From contig PMOL01000005.1 in the NCBI GenBank assembly GCA_003162415.1, positions 53,726-117,725 of the forward strand: a DNA stretch of 64,000 nt, written 5' to 3'. Numbering within the stretch: position 1 is the stretch's first letter; each line of letters starts with the position of its first letter. The translations under genes were made by a program, and so were the position numbers. Positions 38,223 through 45,284 of this stretch are shown piece by piece. Under the pieces are notes generated by a model. That model had not been told where the DNA came from. It made no database searches and saw only the letters and a list, made by a program, of their open reading frames with translations. The DNA is from Candidatus Dormiibacterota bacterium (GTDB lineage Bacteria > Chloroflexota > Dormibacteria > Aeolococcales > Aeolococcaceae).

Positions 38223-39164
38223 ATGACTATCCGCATCGTTAGTAGCGTTAAGCGCTCGTCCCTCGTCGAGCTCACCACCCAGTACCTGGTGCACTGCCGT
38301 GCCCGGGGGCTCATGCCCAAGAGCCTGAAACAGTATCACTACTCGATCGACGCCGTCTTCCTCCCCTGGTGCGAAGAGCAGGGGATCACCGAGATTGGTC
38401 AACTCGACCAGCGCCAGCTCGACGCCTTCACGGTGATGCTCCACGACCATCGGACCGCGGCGGGCCAACCGCTTTCCCGGAGCTCCATCCGCACCTACAT
38501 ACGACCCGTGGGCCTGATGCTCAACTGGGCGAAGAGGGCGGGAGAGGAGGTCAAAGCGAAGCCGCAAATGCCACGTCGCGAGCGCCAGCCCCGCGACGTG
38601 CTCAGCCGCGAGGAGGTCGACCTCCTCGAGGCGGCGATGCCCTCCGAGCGGGACAAACTCATCATCCGGATCTTCGCCGACTGCGGTCTCCGGCTCAACG
38701 AACTCACCCAGCTCAATGCCGATGACATCATCAAGGTGTACGGCAAGCACTGGCTCCGGGTCCTCGGCAAACGCGATCGTCCCCGAGACGTCCCAATCCC
38801 GCTCGAGCTACTCCATCGCCTCGAGCGGCACATCGCCAAACGTCCGAAGGACCGCATCTCCGAGGCGATCTTCCTCGCGTACAGGGGAACGCGGCTCGGC
38901 GAGCATCTGGCACTGACCTCCGGCGGCGTCTATCAGGTGGTCAAGGAAGCAGTTGCTCGTGCTGGGATCACCAAGCGCGTCTACCCGCACCTCCTCCGCC
39001 ATTCGTGGATGACGGAATTGCTCCGCAACGGTCTAAGTGCGGACCAAATCAGCCCGATCGCTGGCGCGTCCCCTGCCGTGATTTCTGAGTGCTACGCCCA
39101 CCTCACCCGGGACGACGGCCACGACGCCATGCTCCGCGCGCTCTCGGCGCGGATCCGGCGATGA
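38223..39164 (+). CDS. Tyrosine recombinase/integrase
   Basis: DCGLRLNE, GKRDRPR, YPHLLRHS, CYAHL. Confidence 0.92.
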   Translation: MTIRIVSSVKRSSLVELTTQYLVHCRARGLMPKSLKQYHYSIDAVFLPWCEEQGITEIGQLDQRQLDAFTVMLHDHRTAAGQPLSRSSIRTYIRPVGLMLNWAKRAGEEVKAKPQMPRRERQPRDVLSREEVDLLEAAMPSERDKLIIRIFADCGLRLNELTQLNADDIIKVYGKHWLRVLGKRDRPRDVPIPLELLHRLERHIAKRPKDRISEAIFLAYRGTRLGEHLALTSGGVYQVVKEAVARAGITKRVYPHLLRHSWMTELLRNGLSADQISPIAGASPAVISECYAHLTRDDGHDAMLRALSARIRR

Positions 39165-39191
39165 GTCGCCGGATAGACGACCTGGTGATCG

Positions 39192-39425
39192 CTATGCCGG
39201 CCCCGTAGGTGGTGGGGGGATGAGCCGCTTCAGGAACTCACTCGGCGGAATAGCCTGCAGCACCTTCTCGATTTCCCGAGCCGATGCCTCCGCGATACGT
39301 CTCCCGGCTAGCGCCGCGCTCACGGTTGCGGGACTCAAGTGCGCCCGCTTAGCGAGGTCGAAAGCGCTCAGAGCGCGAATCGCCAACTCGTAACGGAGGA
39401 GAACGGGGTCGAATGCGACGCTCAT
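39192..39425 (-). CDS. Small XRE/Cro-like HTH protein
   Basis: LSAFDLAKRAHLSPATVSAALAG HTH pattern. Confidence 0.7.
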   Translation of the reverse strand: MSVAFDPVLLRYELAIRALSAFDLAKRAHLSPATVSAALAGRRIAEASAREIEKVLQAIPPSEFLKRLIPPPPTGPA

Positions 39426-39640
39426 CGGCTGACTCGTGAGGTGTCAGCCGCATTGCGGCACAGTTGGTGGAGGTGCGCTCCGATATGTCGCGCCGGGTGC
39501 ACGCGCTGCGGTTCTGCGTCCATGACAACCTAGCCGATTCGCCCGCCTGATCGGGAGACGACGGCGATTGCCACTGCCACTGCCTTCTGGCAGGGGAGGC
39601 GCTAACTTATTGAGCCGAGTCGGCTGGTGTTGGAAAGAGT

Positions 39641-40306
39641 CTACCGCGGCCGGTGGGCGTGGGCAAGTGGCTGCGTCGCCTCAGTTCGAGCCCACATGAG
39701 AAGCTCCAATTCGGGGTCAGGAACACTCAGCAAGTACGGTCGGTCCGGCTTGATCACAAAAAAGTCCTCCTGCCGGATCGACCGTCCTTGGGCACCCTCG
39801 TTGAGCAGGGTGAGCCTCGGACTGCTGAACATGACGCTCATCGCCATGTCAAGAGGGACCGAGGTTCTCTTCGTCGTGCGCGTCCCCGGCGGCTCAGCTC
39901 GCGCAACTCCCCCGCCGCCGTCTCTGACCTGATGCCAGAGCGACCTGAACCAGCTGCCGCTCTCCCCTGCGAGGTCCGCCTTCCATCGATCCACGACCCC
40001 GGGGATCAACTCGTTCAACAGATCGGCAGTCACGAGGTTTATGCGCCCACATTCGGGGCATCGCACCTCGGCGGGCAGCGGGGGTGTGATTGCGAATAGC
40101 TCAAACCCATCTAAGTGCGGCCGGCGCCGATGGGTCGCGGTGATTGGGAACCAGTTCCGCTGGATGGCGTCTTCCCGCACGCGTGCGCGCCGGGTCATCG
40201 CCCAAAGCCCGGATGGGCTGGTTCTCCTGAAACCCTCAGGGAGGACGTAGGCGACGCCGCATCGAGCCGTGGCCGGTGCTTGAGCTTCGATCAACGCTTG
40301 ATACAT
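39641..40306 (-). CDS. Hypothetical protein (CPECG motif)
   Basis: Distal part of a 331-aa ORF; start uncertain. Confidence 0.4.
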   Translation of the reverse strand: MYQALIEAQAPATARCGVAYVLPEGFRRTSPSGLWAMTRRARVREDAIQRNWFPITATHRRRPHLDGFELFAITPPLPAEVRCPECGRINLVTADLLNELIPGVVDRWKADLAGESGSWFRSLWHQVRDGGGGVARAEPPGTRTTKRTSVPLDMAMSVMFSSPRLTLLNEGAQGRSIRQEDFFVIKPDRPYLLSVPDPELELLMWARTEATQPLAHAHRPR

Positions 40307-40730
40307 GCGCGGTGTGCCCGCGATCACGTCTGGCAGCGGGCCGGGGAAGGTGCGGCGAACGCTGCTCGTGTGAAGTCGCCCAACCCGACCATTGCAGCGT
40401 GATAGGCCGCAGAAGAGGACGGGGATCTCATTGCGCAGCGCCAGGCGTGGGACGACCGATGTCACGCCGGGTCGCCAGGCGACAGATACCGCCGATCTGG
40501 TATCGCGGTCATTTCGCGATCGACAATAACGCTGATCCGAGCGCTCAGGGGGGACCTTGCCCAAACGGGATTGGAATGCCCTATCGGAGCACCGCGTGAT
40601 GCCCAAGCGTCGACAGGCGAGGTGGTGCGGCCCCACAACACGCCCGGGCGATCAGTGACCTGCGGTCCACCTGTGGAGGCGACGGCGGCAAGCTCCGGGT
40701 ATTGCTCAACCCGCTGACGTTGCGGAGCGC

Positions 40731-40867
40731 CCCCTTCGCGCGCGCGTAAGGCGCGCGCGAAGGGGAGGTTGAGATCCGCCTGCCCCCGGATTACTCAACG
40801 CGCACTCTAGTGCGGTTCTTTCACGGCCGTAGGGGTCACTTACTCCCTCCGGATAGGCACTATCCGG
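40731..40867. other. Hairpin cluster with MOBQ-oriT-like core
   Basis: Perfect 15-bp hairpin 40731-40765; cgcact/agtgcg; ccggatag-gca-ctatccgg next to minus-strand TAAGTGACCCCTACGG. Confidence 0.45.
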
Positions 40868-41088
40868 CACATGACGGCCACTGACTGACCCTCCAGCGGG
40901 TGATCGAAGGCCTTCTCGGACTCCCACAGGTCAGCCGATTGACACTTCCCGAACTCAGCGGGCGCATCGACACACGCACACCGATGACTTGCCGAATGTT
41001 GTTTGCGAATTTTTCGTCGCCACTTTTTTTCTAAGCAGTGCCGCTCCACACACGACAGAAGCGTGCCTGATGCGCCCGCGGAGCGCCC

Positions 41089-41575
41089 GAGGGTCGGCGC
41101 CCCCCAAGAACCGTCGCCTCTTCGACTCGGACGGGACCTGTCATGGACACATCCGCTGCCGTCGGGCGGTCCAGAGTCGCCTCGGCCGAACTCAGCACGA
41201 GCATTTTGTGGCTCCGACCCGATATGACAAAGTTGCTATATGGCCCCTGCGAAGATAGTCTACTCAAGGGGTGCCGGGAGCCCTCCGTCACGCGCTGCTC
41301 AGCTCGCCGAGCCCAGAGAGAGCGATGCGTCCGCTAAGGCTCGAGGGCCGACGCCCTCCAGAGCCGTCGCCTTACCGACTCGGGAGCCCCGGTCTTAGAC
41401 GCGCACGCCGCCAGCGGACGGTCCAAAGGAGCCTCGCCCAAGCTGAGCAACAGCACCTTGTGAACTTCACCGCATATGGCAAAGTTGCTATATGGTCGCT
41501 GCGAAGATAATCTACTGAAGGTGTCTGGAGCCCTCCGTCACGCGCTGCTCGGCTCGCTGAGCCAAGAGAGAGCGA
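41089..41575 (+). repeat. About 250-bp diverged tandem duplication of padR promoter and 5' end
   Basis: 41222-41325 vs 41474-41575 highly similar; weaker similarity extends about 130 bp upstream of each. Confidence 0.9.
41271..41325 (+). pseudogene. Truncated padR 5' fragment
   Basis: MPGALRHALLSSPSPERA vs MSGALRHALLGSLSQERA of the intact copy. Confidence 0.75.
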
Positions 41576-42039
41576 GTGGCTACGAGCTTGCTCGAAGGTT
41601 CGAACGCACGCCGTGGCGCTACGCCTGGCATGCCCAGTACAGCCAGATCCGGCCTGAGCTAGGCCGGATGGCGATCGATGGTCTTATTACTGTGGTGGCG
41701 ACGGGTGCTCGGCACCGGCGTACGTACTCGATCACCCGGTCCGGCCTGACGGAACTCCAGCGATGGGTGCGCAATCCTCCTGCAGCGTTCGGCGCACGGA
41801 GCGAATTCGTGCTGCGGCTCTTCCTGTTGTCGACCCTCGACGCGGCTGACGTCCGGATCCTCCTAACTCCGGTGGCCGATGACAGTGCCCAAGAACTCGA
41901 GCGGCTGCGCGCCGCCATGGCGACCGCGAACGCCGGCCCACGGCTGTCGTTCGATCGACTGGCCACCGAGTTCAGCATCCGATCGGTGCAGGCGCTCCAT
42001 GACTGGGCGATGTGGGCCCTGGCCGAACTCGACCGTTGA
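41521..42039 (+). CDS. PadR-family regulator
   Basis: LRHALLG.L...ASGYEL..RF, W.A.YSQI.PEL, YSIT.SG..EL..W. Confidence 0.9.
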   Translation: MSGALRHALLGSLSQERASGYELARRFERTPWRYAWHAQYSQIRPELGRMAIDGLITVVATGARHRRTYSITRSGLTELQRWVRNPPAAFGARSEFVLRLFLLSTLDAADVRILLTPVADDSAQELERLRAAMATANAGPRLSFDRLATEFSIRSVQALHDWAMWALAELDR

Positions 42040-42647
42040 CAGAAGGCGCCTGAGAAATCCTGAGCGGTGCCGCGAGCGTGGGACCTGTGCCTCGACTGCG
42101 GCGCCAAGCGTAGAGAGCACTCGTCCCACGTCGCCACTGGTGACCAGGCGATGGCGGCGATCCGCCCCCGCCGACACCCCTGAACTCGATTCTCGGGGAT
42201 TCCACGGCCCGCTGGACAACTCTATCTTGGCCATTCTTGGGCGGGCATTCGGACTCCACGCCGATGACGCGGGAACCACCATAGATGCTCCATGGCCACT
42301 ACCGCAGGGCCCTCGCAACCCACCTGGGGCCGCACCGGCATGGTCTGGAGGGTCGCGTCGGACCCGCCCTCGCGAGCCGGTCCGACCCCTGGCGCAGCCC
42401 ACCCGTTTGACCGCTGTCGAGGAGGCCATCGCCGCGTGGTTGAGCGCCCGGCGATTCGCCCGTTCGACGGCCGCTGCGCCACACCAGCGCCGGAGAGTGC
42501 CTGGGCGCGGGGTGGCGCGCCCAGCGCGGCACCGTGACCATCGACCAGCCCAGACCGAGGTTGGTGCCGTCTACCTACGCTCTCTGCGCGACCGGGATGC
42601 ATCGCCGTCGATCCGAGCCCGCGATTCATGGAGCCGATTAGAGATAG

Positions 42648-42881
42648 ATGCCGCTCTGGAACCCTCGCTCGGGCGCCTTCGACGGCGCGCAGCTGCGCGG
42701 CGCGATCGTCATGCGGGGCTGGACCATCGCTGAGTTTGCGGCGCTGTCCAAGATCAGCCTTGCCTGCCTGTATCGGGCCCTGGGCGGGTATCGGGTCACC
42801 GATCGGACCGCGATTCGGATCTTCGAGGGCTTGCGCCAGGGTCACCCGCTCCCTCTCCCCGAACTACCGAACGCTCGGTAG
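42648..42881 (+). CDS. Small XRE/Cro-like HTH protein
   Basis: RGWTIAEFAALSKISLACLYRALGG; similar to 39192-39425. Confidence 0.65.
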   Translation: MPLWNPRSGAFDGAQLRGAIVMRGWTIAEFAALSKISLACLYRALGGYRVTDRTAIRIFEGLRQGHPLPLPELPNAR

Positions 42882-43280
42882 AAGCCGTCCGCCTGGGCGT
42901 GCCGGTGCTGGGCGTGGCAGCGCCGCACCACGTCGAGCGAACGGTGGCCATCCTGGAGCGGCCGCTGACGGCCGCGGTCGGCTGATCAGTCGATGAACAA
43001 CAGCGGAGTCGTCGCGTCACCGCGCTCTCGGGAATTCAGCACTCGTGCCGGCCGGCCCTGGGGTAGAGCGGAGGACTTTGGCTCAGCAACCATGGGTTAG
43101 GATCGAACCCACGCTGCCAATCCGACCGATCGGGAGAGCCGGTCGGCCTCACCCTCATCCTCAGCGCCCGGGTCGCTGCGCCGGCGGCGCTCGCACTCGC
43201 GGGCCCGGGTTCCTTCACCGTACGTCGAGGGCGGACTGGGCTGCCTTCCCCCCATCGAAGCCCAGGGGCTGGCGGATGGC

Positions 43281-43970
43281 TCAGTCGGACTGGTGCTGTT
43301 CTTCGTTTTCAGCCGTGTGGCTGGGAGAGGGAGGGCGTGCAGAAGGCGCTGAGTGGGCAATGTCGAGCCTTTCCGGCGATGCGATGGTGACGCTGCGGAG
43401 TGCCTCCTCGACTCGGACGTTGTCTTGAAGGCTTTCAATCGCGCCACCCACGAGCCAATTGGCAACGTAGACCGCGTCAATGGCGAGCTTCCGGCCTGCT
43501 CGACGATCCATTGATGTCAGCATTCCTGCAAGCCACTCGAAGTCCTCAAAGACCGAGACGCCGTTGGCGACCCGCTGACGCTGGACAAATGGCTCAAGGA
43601 CAGTCCACCAGCGGACTGTAACGAGGCCGAATACGCGCCAGAGCAGTTTGATGTCGAGGTGCCCGCTCCGGCCGAGCGAAGCCAACCCTTCAAAGTAGTT
43701 GCCGACGCTCACCCCAGCTCCGAGAGGTATGTCCACCTTGTCGCGAAGCGCTAGGAGGATCGTGAGTTGATAGCGAGCCATCCGCTCCTCGTCGAACTGT
43801 CGCGTATACAGGGCGACTTGCTCGACGGAATGTGAGCTCCGGGCGGTACGTAACTGTCGGTAGATCGCGATGAACGTGATCGCGAGGGCCGTGAACTGGA
43901 GCGCGGCCCAGAACCACTCCGAGCCTGGTCCGAAGAATGCCATCCCCTTGGTGTTGATGAACGTCACCAC
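43281..43970 (-). CDS. Membrane-anchored hypothetical protein (DUF4760-like)
   Basis: N-terminal TM ending IYRQLR, NYFE.L..L, FEDFEWL; GGAGG RBS. Confidence 0.7.
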   Translation of the reverse strand: MVTFINTKGMAFFGPGSEWFWAALQFTALAITFIAIYRQLRTARSSHSVEQVALYTRQFDEERMARYQLTILLALRDKVDIPLGAGVSVGNYFEGLASLGRSGHLDIKLLWRVFGLVTVRWWTVLEPFVQRQRVANGVSVFEDFEWLAGMLTSMDRRAGRKLAIDAVYVANWLVGGAIESLQDNVRVEEALRSVTIASPERLDIAHSAPSARPPSPSHTAENEEQHQSD

Positions 43971-44263
43971 TTATCCCTCCGTTCCGCTGACAGGATGGGC
44001 GGGACGATACAGAGCGCGGGATCGGCGAGCAACGAGCGCTGTGGGGCCGAACGTCCGTGAGCACCCGAGGTAGCTACTAACGCGCATTCGACCTCGCGAA
44101 CGTTGTGCCAGTCCCTTGAGCCGCGGCGTTGCCATAGTGGAACCGCCGTCGCCGGCAGCGCCCCATGGATCAGTCGGTGGACAGGAGCGGGGTCGTCGGG
44201 TCAGCCGAACCTCCGGAGTTCACCGTGCCCGTAGCGCAGGCGATGACGGTAGATCGAAGAACG

Positions 44264-44292
44264 CTGGCTCAGCCAATCAGAACCTCGTATCC
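44264..44292 (+). repeat. Degenerate tRNA-Gln fragment (older att scar)
   Basis: ctggctcagccaatcagaacctcgtatcc vs tRNA 38013-38041 ctggatcagccaatcagaggttcgaatcc (24/29). Confidence 0.65.
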
Positions 44293-44516
44293 GTGCCTGA
44301 GCGCTGTGGCGGCGACGGTGGGAGGCCAAGCGTAGTGTCAACACTTATCGGCTGATCGTTTACCCTCCGACACGACGAGGCGTTCGCGCCGAGCGCTGAA
44401 TCACACGTGATCAGGGCGACACCCGGTTGAAAGCAGCCGATGCGGACGCTGTATGGTGGTCGCCCGACGGGCAGAGACACGCCGTGACCGCACCGGCGCG
44501 CCGGGCAGGAGATCCA

Positions 44517-45077
44517 ATGGCGTTGACGACGGGCACCTACACGATCGGGCCCGACCACGGAAAGCTACTCATCAAGACGGCACGCGAGGGGGCCGCCGCG
44601 AGGATGGGTCACGACCTCACACTCGAGGCAACACGCTGGAGCGCGACGGTAGTCGTAGACGCCCGCGATCCCACCCGCTCGAGCGTTAGTGCGGCGGTCG
44701 ACGCTACCTCGCTGGAGGTTCGCGACGCTCGTGGAGGAGCGATCGCCCTCACCGACAAGCAGCGGGGTGAGATCGGCACCAACATCCGCGACAAGGTACT
44801 CAACACCTCCAAGCACCCAGAGATCTCATTCCGCTCGACGCTGATCGCCGGCGACGCAACGGCCGCAACGGTGACGGGCGATCTCACGATCGCAGGGAGC
44901 ACACGACCGGTGCAACTCCGCCTGACCGCACACTCCGATGCCGACCGCGTCACCGGGGCGGCCACCATCGTCCAGACCACCCACGGCATCAAGCTGTACT
45001 CCGCGATGTTCGGCACGCTCAAGGTCAAGGACGTGGTCGAGATCGAGGTGGACGTGAGGTTGCCTGCCGGCCGGTGA
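44517..45077 (+). CDS. YceI-family protein
   Basis: GHDL, VL....HPEISFRST, VTGDLTIAG.T.PV, GIK.YSA.FG.LKV; AGGAG RBS. Confidence 0.85.
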   Translation: MALTTGTYTIGPDHGKLLIKTAREGAAARMGHDLTLEATRWSATVVVDARDPTRSSVSAAVDATSLEVRDARGGAIALTDKQRGEIGTNIRDKVLNTSKHPEISFRSTLIAGDATAATVTGDLTIAGSTRPVQLRLTAHSDADRVTGAATIVQTTHGIKLYSAMFGTLKVKDVVEIEVDVRLPAGR

Positions 45078-45152
45078 GCTGTTCGCCCCGCGGCCTCGTT
45101 GGTAACGGAAATGGGGTAAGGCGGCCGGATCGTCGGACTCCATAGACAAGAA

Positions 45153-45176
45153 GTTCGAATCCTCTCTCCCCAGCCA
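45153..45176 (+). repeat. attR (copy of tRNA-Gln 3' end)
   Basis: 24/24 identity to 38032-38055. Confidence 0.9.
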
Positions 45177-45284
45177 TTTTGCGCGCGCCTAATCTGAATA
45201 CGCCGTGAGAACAGTTTGCGCCGCCGGTGACCGGGCGAGACGGGGGGCGCGATCTCGCCCTGGATTGCGGATTGTGGCTCGTGG

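Larger units (their letters stand above)
38032..45176. mobile_element. tRNA-Gln-integrated genomic island (about 7.1 kb)
   Basis: Identical 24-bp gttcgaatcctctctccccagcca at 38032-38055 and 45153-45176; integrase next to tRNA. Confidence 0.88.

Noticed and set aside
40916-45141. TCGGACTCC occurring three times (about 40916, 42249, 45133)
   Set aside because: A 9-mer in GC-rich DNA with irregular spacing; cannot be distinguished from chance by eye
28389-45176. Single ICE comprising VirB4 and the integrase
   Set aside because: VirB4 lies outside the att repeats and is separated from them by housekeeping genes
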